A stretch of DNA of 60,582 nt, the filler included, from Porpidia crustulata (taxonomy: Eukaryota): the NCBI GenBank assembly GCA_964255105.1. It is 5 parts of 5 records of this genome, joined end to end, with 100 filler letters (N's around TTAATTAATTAA, not from the genome) between each part and the next. Parts side by side here need not be neighbours in the genome. Positions count along the whole stretch, not along the records: positions 1 to 12,048 come from CAXUWE010000572.1; positions 12,149 to 24,184 come from CAXUWE010000573.1; 3 more parts are not named here. The stretch is one strand, 5' to 3'. Below, one piece after another: positions 1 through 12,175 of this stretch; position 1 is the first letter of the stretch; the number at the start of each line of letters is the position of its first letter. A program made the position numbers and the translations under genes. The notes beneath the pieces were generated by a model. The model made no database searches, was not told the origin of the DNA, and worked only from the letters and a program-made list of their open reading frames with translations.

Positions 1-1186
1 AGGGCGGGGTAGAGGCGGAGCACTTTTGATGGGTTCTGTTAGCTGATAGGGAGGGGCAAATTGGTGATTAAAGGGGATCTCTACTTTCGTTGAGGAAGTA
101 TTTGAGATATTTCAAGTTTCGCAAGGTTTCGTAATCAGGGGGTTCGCCGCCTAGGAATTCCGCTTCGGCCCTCAGTTTTGTATAGATATCGGGGCATTTT
201 GCGAGGATGTTGAAGGAACTTGTCAGCATGCTTGCTGTTGTGTCTCTGCCGGCAATCAGTACACTCAGGAGCTCATTTCTCATTTGTGTAGGGTGGTCCG
301 TCGCTTTTGCTAGTTCGTCGACGAAGACGTAGCGACCAGACTCGGGCTTCTCATTCTCGTGTGACAGTTTCTCGGTTTCAGAACGGGAAGCTTGATGGTC
401 CCGCGCGTTCTGCACGATGTTTCCAACGAAATTATGAATAGTCTTGATGTCTTTGAAATAGCGCCTATTTGTCCAGATATAGGATGTGATACCTGTAGTT
501 CCCCAATGGCCTTGTTTGCTGGCGGCATAGTCGAATGCAACACCAAAGCGCGCTTGCGGAGAGTCGTCGTCGCCATTCTGCGAATTTACTGATTGGCCCA
601 GAAGATATTCTGAGGCTTGATCAAGCGCAAGATTGGAGAAAAGAGGTCCGAGGTCAATAGTGGACCCATCTTTCGGGATTTTGGCAATCAGCCCCTGGGC
701 GTGCGTTTCAAATTGCTCCAGATTTGCTACTTGGTTTCTTGTGAAAGCTGGTCGAACCAAGGCGCGTGAATGCTTCCACGATTCACCATCGCTCACAAAT
801 ATCCCTCCCGTCAGCAAGGGCGTGAAAAAATCCAAACGCAAACCAAGACCAAAATCATCAAAGCGATTGGCCAAGATAGCCTTGATGTTCTCAGGCTCGA
901 TTGTCAAAATGACAGTTTGAGTCAACACAGAAACAGTATACGTATTGCCAATCATAGCATATTTGCGTACTTGCTCTTCAAGCAGTTTCTTGGCTTTCAG
1001 CTTAGTATGAATATCTAAGAGCTCTCGCCACCCGATATATCCAGATTTTGGACTACTCGGAGGCTTGAGACAGCCATGCTTTCTCCCAAATGCAGAGACT
1101 TCACGCTGGCGTAGGATTTTGATGTATACAAGATAGGCCAACAGGGACACAATCGCAGATACTGCCAAAGGATATTGATACGCCAT
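1..1186 (-). CDS. Cytochrome P450, CYP52-clan (alkane/fatty-acid hydroxylase-like); 3' end truncated by the contig edge
   Basis: N-terminal TM anchor, GIFVSDGESWKHSRALVRPAF and I-helix AGRDTT typical of CYP52. Intron 23..84 (GTAGAG...GCTAAC...AAG on minus) splices to give the K-helix ExxR motif E-M-L-R-L-Y-P. The heme-binding Cys lies outside the window. Confidence 0.9.
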
Positions 1187-4100
1187 GGAACGCGATGGGG
1201 TAACAGAAGCGGCAAAGCCGAGCGAAATGGAGCAACCACATACAATGAATTAATGGTATCGAAGCACAAATTACCTGGAAAGTAAGGCCAACAATCTATG
1301 TGCGTCGTTATCCTCACCCCGTCTGCTGAACCCGTCAATAATATAAATGACATGACTGCCTATTTTCGCAGCTGTGACTCAGCTCTGTATTTCTTACCTC
1401 CCGTATTCCCTTTCTCATGAACGGTTGCCTGGTGGATGATTCAGATGGCATAGTGACAGTCTAGCTCATAGAACGCACAACCCTGTGAGGCCAACCGCGC
1501 CAGCAGATTGTCTCCGCCAATTAGAATTTATTGCGAAGTCCTGACCAAGGACCCCTTATGCGAACACCACGTCGACATGAGTCTAGCACCAATAGCGCTC
1601 TCCTTTCGCGGAGACATGCCATACGACACCATGCCTGCAGAACAGCTTTCACCAACGCCAACGGATACATCGGAACCGAACACGCAATCCGCAGCGGAAT
1701 CAGTTGTAGACCCCACCTGAATCCCAAATAGGATCGAGAGACAGCTGCGGGATTGGTCGCCAAACACGAGAGGCGCCTTCTACATTGTCGGCCGGACTGT
1801 GTGGCTGATGGACTCAGATAACCGATTGACTGCCTAAATTATGACGGCAAGATTGCCCTAAGACTTGGCGAATTGGGACTTGCAAGGTGGGCGGCGGAGA
1901 CGACGACAGCCGTGCCAGAGGGCCCTAGTACTAGTCTAATAGTGTTTCCATATACAGTAAGATACTGAATAATACACAATGATACCCAGGCTCCTGTGCT
2001 ATCGATACTGCCTAATATACCTTCACTGGATACACCAACCACTCCCTAACGTACCTTCCTACCCAAAAGCTGTGATCGGTCAGCACCTTGATGGCGAAAG
2101 CCCAAGGTCGATATATGGATAGTATCAACAAGCCTTCAGATATATGAGATCTTCGGGTCCTATCAGTCACGGTAACTTGAAATAAAGGTGACTGCAAATC
2201 TATGGTTTCGATTCTATTAACGGTTGAAGTACTACAATTTGTTCGTTCTCGCCACCATGAAGTTCTTTGTTTGAATTCAGTGCAAAAGACCTTCAAACTC
2301 ATCTCTACATCTACCATTTCCTGGAAGTGTTTTCTATTTTGTCCGTATTCAGTAAATATGCAAGAGCCAAAGGCCTCCATTGCAATATAGACTTCCTTCT
2401 CGAGCTCTTTCCATTACCTCCATACTTTGTATCAATGTCCTGCAAAAACCGATCATGTGTAGGTGATAATTTGATTTCCTGTGACGGCAAGTTGTTCTTG
2501 GTGTTCATACTAGCTGATGCCTTCTAAAAGAGCATAATCTCTGCAAAGCACGGCTAGGTCCTAAGAGACACTACACATCAGCCTCGATTCATAACAAAGG
2601 AAAATTGTGTCTTTGTCCTTGTTGTGACTATGCTCTGACTTCCGAATGGGACAGATTCCCTGGCCATCCCACCTAATAGTCCAAATTGGGTTCGGACCAT
2701 CTCAATGTAATATTTCGCTACTTCGACCACTATGAATTCCCACATCACTGAACAGATGCTTTACGGACTAGTTCTTTCACCCGTCAGTCGCAAAAGTACA
2801 GAGACTACTTTCCCGACACAGACTTTCTGCTCAAGAGCTTCCTTGGTATACTTGACTCCGCGCGATCCCTCTCAAGTATTAGCCTAAGCAGCGAAGCTTT
2901 GTTGAGAAGGCACACCCCCGAGCAATATGGTCAGGTTCTCTAGTATAACGCGCAAGATAGTAGACAACCTAACTTGGACAATAAGCTAGGCAATGCTCAA
3001 TTTGAACCACATGTGCCCAATGAATCGTCCTATTACTACGGACGCACTTCGTTCTAGTCAGACTAGCAAATATCATGAAATGCTCCATTCACTACGGTCC
3101 GAATTAGCGTCCCAAAGAAGGACTTTTCTGGCATTGCTTACTCACGATAATTCCATAATACTCAGTTGAAGCTCCAAGCATTTGGTATCTTTCCCCGCAG
3201 TGTGATTGAACGAGCCGCCGCCTCAGTGGTTAGAAGATAGTTAATAGTTCATTTCCGGAACCGAGCGATATAAAATCTTGCCGAGAGATTGAATGAGCAA
3301 GGATTGCCAAGCATTATTAAAAACTAGAGCACGTGAGATCTTGCTTTGTCTCCGAATTGAAAGGTTGTTGTAGTAGTTGTTCTTCAACAGAGATTGAAAG
3401 CTATTACAGCATTACATCGGAGACAAAGCTTGATCTTGGATGGAGTTCCTGCTCATTACTACATGAGCACCAGCTACATTTTGCTCAGAGCATTCCCTAT
3501 GCTCGTGGTGAAACTAATACACTTGGTGTCAGCCTCAGTAAGCACGCTATCCCTATGTATAGTTTTCATACTCGCAGCCTTTTTTACTTCAACCTTCAAG
3601 TCCTTGATACAATGAGCTCTGTTCAAATTCCTTGAAGTTATAGATCTTTGTTTTCCCGGTTGAGCGAGGCCAGGAAGTGTTAGAGAAACCTGCATACAAA
3701 CCGATCTGTGCGTGCTCCTTGCTGGCTTTCTAGACCGAAGGTAAAATATGGATAGCTGTAATGATTGGGCACCTACAACGTATTTCTTTCGACTACATCC
3801 AATAATTAAATCCATCACGGATCATTCATAAGGACATAACGTTCGGACTCGTCTCGAGTACAGCACATCACCAAATCAAGAAAAGAGTAGTGGATTGCCT
3901 ATTAGAAAGCTTCTTTTCACCTCGAAAGGGCTCCGCTATGTCAGGTATCGAATCAGTCGCGAAGAGCTTGAATTGTAACATGTCAAAAAGCGTAAATGTA
4001 CCATCAGACACGGTCCTAAAAAACAATGTTTACATTACCATTGCAGCGCGTATCGGAGATCTATGGTGATCTAAGTCTCCATAGGAAATGCCGGCCCTGA

Positions 4101-6640
4101 TGGTTGTCAGGCGGCTCTTCGGACAGACCTACGCTGAAAGGTAGATAGTTGATGTATTGGATGTCATCCATATGCAAGGCACCACACAGTCCCGAGACTA
4201 TTCGAGATTCGCCGGTATACTTTCCACATCACCAAGGACCGCTTGACAGAGGATCTTGAGTTCCTTAGATCATCTTCATTCCATCAGCTGTACTCTTTTT
4301 GGATTTGCGCTTCAGACTCATCATTGGTGTATAGCTCCTGGTTGCATATGGCGGAAGCCTCAGCTGCCCGAGTTCTAGGCTCCGCTTAAATAGGTCTTCC
4401 GCCTGATGACCTGAAAGTTTGGAGCAACCAAGGAGGGCCTTGTGTTCGTTCTCAGCGAGGTGATTAGCACTCTCCTACACCCTTCGGCGATTGGTGGTGG
4501 ATGTTGATATTAGCGGCGGCCACCCAAATCAACTCTCTAGGAAATGGGACGATAATGCAAGCACCACAGCACACAATTTGATGTCACGCGATCAAAGCTG
4601 TATCAGCCTCTTGGGAAATCAGCGGGTTAATTTACCAAAGGTCAGCCTCAGCGATAAGGTCGAATACAGCCAATATTCAAGAGGTTTCCCGTTGTTTCGC
4701 CGTCGTATCCAAATACGTGGGTTTATTTGGGAACTAATACTTGGATGCAAAATCGATCGGATGTTTTTGCACCCTCTGGCATAAGTTCTATACAGCAACT
4801 GCATGAAAGTTTTCATCGCACCCCACTTTTAGATACATCAAAACACATACTTTTCAGAAAATAATCATTCGTGTGTATTATTCTTTGATAAGTCTCAAAC
4901 TTCTGTTTTAGAACAAGACTACCTCGTACTGTTTCGCTTCTTCGGATTTCTTCGTATCTAAGGGTTTTTCCCACTTACTTCATACCAGTAATATAATGTA
5001 AAATTTTAAATTAGCAGAATGAAAGCTTTCGTCGAGATCAACCAGTTTCTTGAATTTGATACTGTTGTCTTTATGGTAATATCGAACATGTGACTGGAAA
5101 GCACTGAATTTGATGTGAAAAGGAGTCAGCCGAGGACTTGTTCACAGTAACTGGATACTACTGTGGTTGGTGGGCGTTGGGGGCGGGTGTCAGGTGGATA
5201 TGTCTGTGAAGTATTTCCGTGCTACTCTATACCTTAGGCACCAAATCTCGCGATTCTGATACCCCCACTGGCCCTAGCTACAGCATGATCTCCAACAGGC
5301 TTGCTTCGGCGGCTCTCTTGATTTGCCTGTAGCTGCATACTATCCAGAAGACTTTCTTAGGGAACCCGCTCGCTCAATTTCCGTGGTCTCGGTAAATTAG
5401 GCTCATGCCCTCTAACAGCACAGATAGAAAGATTCTGTTCCAAATGTACCACTCCACGATTATGCACTCTGGCGCGTTGTGGATATGAACATCACTCGTG
5501 GTCACACGACTGTCAATATTGAGCAGTACCACAATCCTCCTCAGATTCGTCCACGACAAAGAGATGCGTGGTATGCCGGAATTGGGTGAATCAGCAGCTT
5601 CCATGACTGTCCATGTGGCCCCATGCAGTGCAGTCGCCCAGCCTTGGCTGGTTGGTGGCCGGTAAGGTCCCAAAGTAGCTTCTTTGTTCTGTTTTGTATC
5701 TATCGAGTGATGAGAGGAGACCAGGAAAACCACGACCAACGTACTAAGTACCTTGATTACTCTACATGCTGTTAATTAAGATGTTCGGCGTGGTTGGACA
5801 GCTACACACCGTCACCCAAACGAAAACTATCATACGCAAGCATACCGGTACAGAACACATCGGGATGGATTGCCCTGTAGCGCATGTATCTAAAGTAAAC
5901 GCACAAGTACCTACCCCACTTTCGAAAGCCAACTCCGCTACATTTTACTGGGCGTCCTACTCTACACTACCTTGCTAGGTACGTACAGTAGTACTTCCGT
6001 CGCTCCTCCGAAATGCACTGGCTCAGCGTGCTAAGGTATTGCTGGATTATTCACTACACGTTCCCACTACCCACCTTCCCCCACCGACATCCGTACGTCC
6101 TCTTCCTACCAAATGGACAACATCGGATGCAGGCATCTGTGAGATTGAGGCTTTTCAACTGTCACCTGCAAACATGTTCCTCCGCCAGCCATTGGATGTT
6201 TGCATCTCCTTGCCGAACACGAAGCGGCTGACATTGGCTCCCTCGGCTCCATCATCCCATGCGGCATTTCTGGCGCGCCGATACCTCGATCCGTTGGGGG
6301 TCGAATACGAACACTGTCACGGCACAGGACAGATAAGACACCGTGCTGAGATGGTGGTGGGTCTCGCCAACTCACCGCCTCATGGCCCAAAGGATGCATG
6401 AGTTCCCAGCCCTCGTTGTGGGTGAAGGATGCCACGAGCATTTTCCGCTACAGCTTGGGTGTACTGTTGATGTTACACGATACTTGGGAGACTCCACTCC
6501 TTTTTCTCATGTTTACGAGTGTCACCCTGATTTGGCAAAGAGTTTTGCCTATAAGTACCTCTGTCATCCCCTCTGTGTCCAAGTGCAACTGGCCCTTCGC
6601 TAAAGCCCCCATCACTTGTCATTCGTTTGCAAACATCAAG

Positions 6641-9094
6641 ATGGCCCCGTCTTTGAGCCAGTTTACCCTCTTCTCTCTGCTCGGGCTGCTATCTCTTTTC
6701 GAAAATGCATATACGGCCCCCGTCCTTCCATCTGGCTGGGCATCGAACGGATGCTATGTCGATAATGTCAGTGGACGCATCCTGTCGTACCAATTCCCAG
6801 ACAACAAGGCCCTGACTGTCGAAAATTGCATTTCATCTTGCTCGGGCAAAGGCTACACAGTTGCAGGTATGGAGTACGGGGTGCAATGCTTCTGTGATAG
6901 CGCCATAATCAACGGTGGAAAGCCTGCTGCTTCTCCAACGGAGTGCAACGTAGCCTGCGGCGGCAATTCCGCCGAACAATGTGGTGGTGGGAGCAGGATG
7001 AACATTTACTCGACTGGAACACTAACAACTCGAGGGCCCCCTGGTCCTCAGAAAACTAATCTGCCAGGCTCGTGGGCTTATAAAGGCTGTATCAAGTGAG
7101 TCCGCTGCTCTTACTGTTAGCGTTGGCCTTGCAGAACTGATCAAAATTTTAGCGAGGCATCGCCGAATAGGGTCTTTAAATACCAAATCATCAACACAAA
7201 TAACAACACTGCGACTAACTGCCTTACTGCATGTTCGAACTTTGGCTTTGGCGCCGGTGGCATGGAGTACGGACAGGAGTGCTGTACGTGTAAACTTCCG
7301 GTTTCTAGTCCAGCTCCGCGCCACTACGTTCAGCGAATTGACTCCCATTTTCTTGACGTCTCATTTTACCTTTCACATTTGCTGACGTATAGAACAGACT
7401 GTGGCGACGCCACGGACGTGACAGCTGCCGGCTCCACTATCCAGCCCGATACCGACTGCAATGTCGCGTGCTCTGGAGATCCATCAACGCTATGCGGCGG
7501 TGGAAATAGGATATCCTACTATACTTGGAATGGCACCCCCTTACAAGTTTGGGCGCATCCTACAGGTGGTGCTGCCGGCCAATACCAGCAGTTGATTGGT
7601 GGGGTAGTTGTACCTCTTATTACGACCCCGGGCACAAACGGCAAGATCACTTTCGTAGAGAAATATGGAACTGGGGCGCCAAACTCTACCGGTGCATACG
7701 AGCTGGACGTCTCACAGATAAACAATCTCCAGGCAGCCTGGAGGCCTATGCATGTCAAGACTGACGTTTTCTGCTCGGCGGGCTTAGTGCTTCCTGACAA
7801 GGTCGGAAGACAAATCAACATCGGAGGGTGGTCCGGGCCTTCAACGTTCGGAATCAGGATCTACTGGCCCGACGGATCGCCAGGGACCCAAAGTGTGAAT
7901 GACTGGCAGGAGAACGTCAACGAGCTTTCGCTTCAAGCCGGACGGTGGTACCCATCTGCCATGATCATGTCCAACGGGTCCATACTCATCGTTGGAGGTG
8001 AAACTGGATCCAACGGTCCAGCCGTGCCGTCACTCGAGCTTCTACCGAAAGTAGGCCCAGTAATTACAGAGGATTTCCTCTTGCGCACTAATCCTAACAA
8101 CCTCTACCCATTTTTGGCAGTCCTCCCATCGGGGGGGATATTCATTGCATACTACAACGAGGCCAGAATCCTCGATCCAAACAGCTTTGCAACTATCAAA
8201 ACACTTCCTAATATGCCTGGGTCTGTCAACAATTTCTTGAGTGGACGAACCTATCCCTATGAAGGCACGATGATGATATTGCCTCAATACGCGCCATATG
8301 GGGATCCGATGACGGTGCTCATTTGTGGTGGATCGAATTCGGGCGCATCTATCGCAGTCGATAATTGTGTATCTACTCAACCAGATGCAGCAAATCCGCA
8401 ATGGACACTTGAGCGTATGCCATCCCAACGCGTCATGCCGTCAATCACAGCTCTTCCAGACGGTACTTACCTCATCTGCAATGGTGCGAAACAAGGCGTT
8501 GCCGGATTTGGTTTGGCAACTAATCCAAACCTCAATGCTGTTCTCTATGATCCCTCGAAACCGGTCAATCAGCGGATGTCCATTATGGCCAACACCATAG
8601 TGGCTCGTCTATATCACTCCGAGGCCGTGCTCCTACAGGACGGTCGTGTCCTGGTATCGGGATCAGATCCGCAAGACGGGAAGAATCCGGAGGAATACCG
8701 GGTCGAGGTATTCGTTCCGCCTTATCTACTATCTGGTCTAGCAAGGCCATCTTACACAATTACGAATAAAGATTGGGCATACGGCCAGCAGTACCAGATC
8801 ACTATCACGGCAGGCTCCACCGCCAACTTGAGAGTATCACTCCTCGGCGCCGTCTCCAGTACTCATGGCAATAGTATGGGCCAAAGGACCATCTTCCCGA
8901 GCGTTTCTTGTGCTGGAAACACTTGTACCGTCACAGCGCCGCCAAATGCAAGAATCTGTCCCCCGGGATGGTTCCAACTTTACGTCCTTGATGGCCCAAC
9001 CCCATCGACTTCAGTTTGGGTCCGCATTGGCGGAGATCCTGGTAAGCTTGGCAATTGGCCCGCGTACCCTGACTTCAAGACACCTGGTGTCTAA
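6641..9094 (+). CDS. Secreted WSC-domain copper radical oxidase (glyoxal oxidase, CAZy AA5_1) with two WSC domains; 3 exons
   Basis: Signal peptide MAPSLSQFTLFSLLGLLSLFENAYTAP from ATG 6641. Two WSC domains (GCY..D / CISSC / GMEYGxQCxC). Introns 7096..7152 and about 7285..7397. Catalytic motifs TDVFCSAG, RWYPS, RLYHS, STHGN, and a C-terminal PPGWFQLYVL Ig-like domain. Confidence 0.93.
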
Positions 9095-11186
9095 AGAATC
9101 TCTCTTTACTTGGTTGGAAGCCGGCCTTTCCCTACCTTGTTATGGACGTTGGTATAATTCTGCCTAATATTTGTTTTTGTATACTATCGACGTCTAAATG
9201 GGTTACGATTACTATATGTAAGATCTGAATCTTTTAGGATTCTTAAACGCTGTCCAGATGCGGCGGTTGATTTAATCAAAGATTTAATAACTTGAGTTAC
9301 CATAACTTTCCAATTCAAGTCTGGCTTTAATCGTGGATGCTACGCAGCTTCATTCCATCGGTTTATGAATCTTCAAAGCAACTGAAATCAACGAGTTGAG
9401 TTGGAGTAAACTTTCTGGTCATTTGTCGCACAGCATGACCCAATGACGAAGTTTGGGTATTGATGGCTTGCTTACCACGCTGACAACGTAGCGCAAACAA
9501 AAGCCTCAAGAACCTAATTTCGACCTGCCGACCGAAGAAATCCATTCTGGTGAGGCTAGAAAGGTGCGCGAAGTTTCTGATAAGGTTTCCGTGGTCGTTT
9601 GTGCAACCTGCTTGCTTTCCATGACTGGGCGGCTGATCGGCCGAACTCGGTTTTGCCCCCAGAAGCTCGGAACCCAATCTCGATGCTTCGCTTCTAAGCG
9701 CTCATTCGATTCCTGCGAGTCATTGGACTGTATCATCTTAAGGGAAGGGGGCTAGGTATCGTTACTTCTTTGTGCATAAATCAACAAAAACTCGGATCCA
9801 CTGGAACTGACAGTTTGACGTCTAAGCATACCATCTATCTTCGTTACTCTACGCTTGTGAGTGAGGCATTAAATCGAAGTTGCACGATGACTTCACTTCC
9901 TTACCTCTAGATGAAGGAAAGTCTATCTCTCTGTCAATTAGGTTCGGGAACCAAAGTCTATCCATATTCTAGAAAAATCTACAAGTTCTATAGACAGCAA
10001 GCCACAACACCTTTGTTCCAGCGATATCTAGGAATCGACGACTTGAAGCCATCATACCTGCTTTCCTGCAGCCCAGCACTTAGATAATCTAGTGATTTTT
10101 GCGGCCTGTGGATCCGCTGCTCCATATTGGATGATTTATCAGTCTCGGTGACACTTCGACTCATCCTCAAGTTCCTGACGGTGTATGAACCCGATTCTAA
10201 ACACAATTATATTTCAAACCCATTTCAGTACTGGCAGATGAGAGATCTTTTTCATCAATGAGTGTCCAACACCCGTTTTGATGAAGGAGACCAAGACGAG
10301 TCATGACTTCATCTCGCCACAATGACGGGCCAGCAGAGCCGCGCATATCAACGGTTTCCACCTTGGGAGGCTAACTTCCAAAGCCGACGCTAAGGCACGG
10401 CACCAGGATGTACTCCTGTCCAAGGGATTTCCTGTCTCCACGAGCAGGATCGGTAATCAGAAAGTCGAGGGTAGGAGCGAGACGTGCTCAAAGACGTAAA
10501 ATCCACATACAATATTGCCACGCGTAGGGCGAGATTGATATGCGTCCTCTGATTCTCGGTGCTTTTGCCCGGCTCATCGAGAGTGATCTGCACTTCCCAG
10601 GAGATGCTAATATCCTGGATCGACTGATGTTTGTCAGACGACTCGCCGGGAGTAATGATACCGCCGATATCCTTGAATGGTTTGTCTACTTCGGGATCTA
10701 GATCGTGTATCATACTAGGAGATTTGTGTCAAGTCCAACCTCAAGCCTGAAGATCAGATGGAACCGTGAAAGGTATCAACGTTTCAGCAAGCACCATTTT
10801 GCCATCTTTTGTCTTATCCTTGTGAAATTGAAGAGGATGTAAATTGAAATCCTTTCGAAAGATCAGGCAATTGTGCTCCAAGAAGCTGTGAGATGTGTAC
10901 ACCAAAAAGGGATTCATTGACAAGACATACCTACGGCAAAATTGGGATCCCGTGAAATATTGACGATGGAGCCGGACAACTCGTCTTCTTGTGGTTTTGA
11001 TTATCGATGGGGGAATATCTATAGATAGCGGTTGTACTTCGCTCTGAGGGGGGTATCTCATGTGCCTCTGAAATTATATCCAAGAAGGGCTTTAAGCCAA
11101 CATACCCCAACATCTATAAACTTTCGATACCTACCACTGTCCAGCACGTAGGACACAAGCGGTCACGAAATCGTTATTATACGCCC

Positions 11187-12048
11187 CTACTTCTTCTTCC
11201 TTCCCTCAGCCACAACCTCGGCCAACGCTTTCCGCGCCCGCGCTTCCCGCTTGTCGAACGTTGCATTGAAAAAGGCGGGAAGGACTCGATGGTGGTCTTG
11301 TGGAGTGTCAGCGCGGGGATTCCTTTTCTCCTTGGGGCGAAGACTCACTAGCATGTTCCTCCTCGAATTCGATCCCCCTGCACCCCTTCTCCCCCATCGC
11401 GACCCTCACGGCTTCCTCGAGTAGGCCTCTTCCAATCTCCTTGCCTCGAAATCTTAGCTTCACGGTCCACGCCTTTATGTACGCCCTCCGCTCCTTTTTC
11501 GACAGTCGCATCGCTAGTGCACCGATAATTTCATCGCCCCATTTGGTGATCAGCACAACGAGTTCCTCGCCTTTTGGTTTTTTACCTCCGCTATCGCTGC
11601 TGCTAGTGATGGCAGACGAAGACGACCCCTCGACCAGCCAGTTCCAATTGATATTCTCGGCATGCGTGAGATACGGTCCCGAGGCCACGCGCACGGCGAG
11701 CAGAAAAGCCATGATGATACCCGTGGTCGTGGTTAGGAAAACCGGGAAATCGAAGAATTTCGCTAGTCCAGCTAGGATACAAAGTATCGTCGCCAATGAC
11801 GCAGAGTTGGTTATGATAGCGTAGGAGGCGGTCTGACGTTGTTGGGCGACGGAGTCGGCGATGAGACGGAGAGCTTCGACACGGTCGGGATTGGTAATTG
11901 CAGGGGTGGTTGTGAGGGCTGGAATTGAAGGCGGGGAGGATTCTTCGGAAGGAGAGGCGGGAGTGGTGATAGACAGTGGGGACGGGTTGGGATGAGAGAG
12001 CAGGGTGGAAGGTTGAGGAGGGGAGGTCGGGGTGGCGATGGTGGTGGG
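11187..12048 (-). CDS. GNAT-family acetyltransferase-like protein; 5' end truncated by the contig edge
   Basis: Frame is open from 12048 with no ATG at its start. It contains ALRLIADSVAQQRQTAS, a hydrophobic segment and motif A (AWTVKLRFRGKEIGRGLLEEAV). An intron starting GTGAGT after EEEHA leads to the last exon NHHRVLPAFFN...GRKKK-stop (TAG 11187-11189). Confidence 0.8.
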
Positions 12049-12148
12049 NNNNNNNNNNNNNNNNNNNNNNNNNNNNNNNNNNNNNNNNNNNNTTAATTAA
12101 TTAANNNNNNNNNNNNNNNNNNNNNNNNNNNNNNNNNNNNNNNNNNNN
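12049..12148. other. Artificial contig-join spacer N44-TTAATTAATTAA-N44
   Basis: Identical 100-nt linker seen four times; TTAATTAATTAA gives stops in all six frames. Confidence 0.98.
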
Positions 12149-12175
12149 GTTGCAAAACCCCTCCACTCGCGTCAC

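Noticed and set aside
6398..6640. 81-codon N-terminal extension of the glyoxal oxidase in the ORF track
   Set aside because: The signal peptide begins at ATG 6641 (CAAGATGG context); the upstream part looks like open 5' UTR or promoter sequence.
12093..12104. TTAATTAATTAA recurring at about 12.1-kb intervals, resembling a periodic element or PacI-type site
   Set aside because: Always centred in exactly 44+44 Ns; it is a synthetic all-frame stop linker, not biology.
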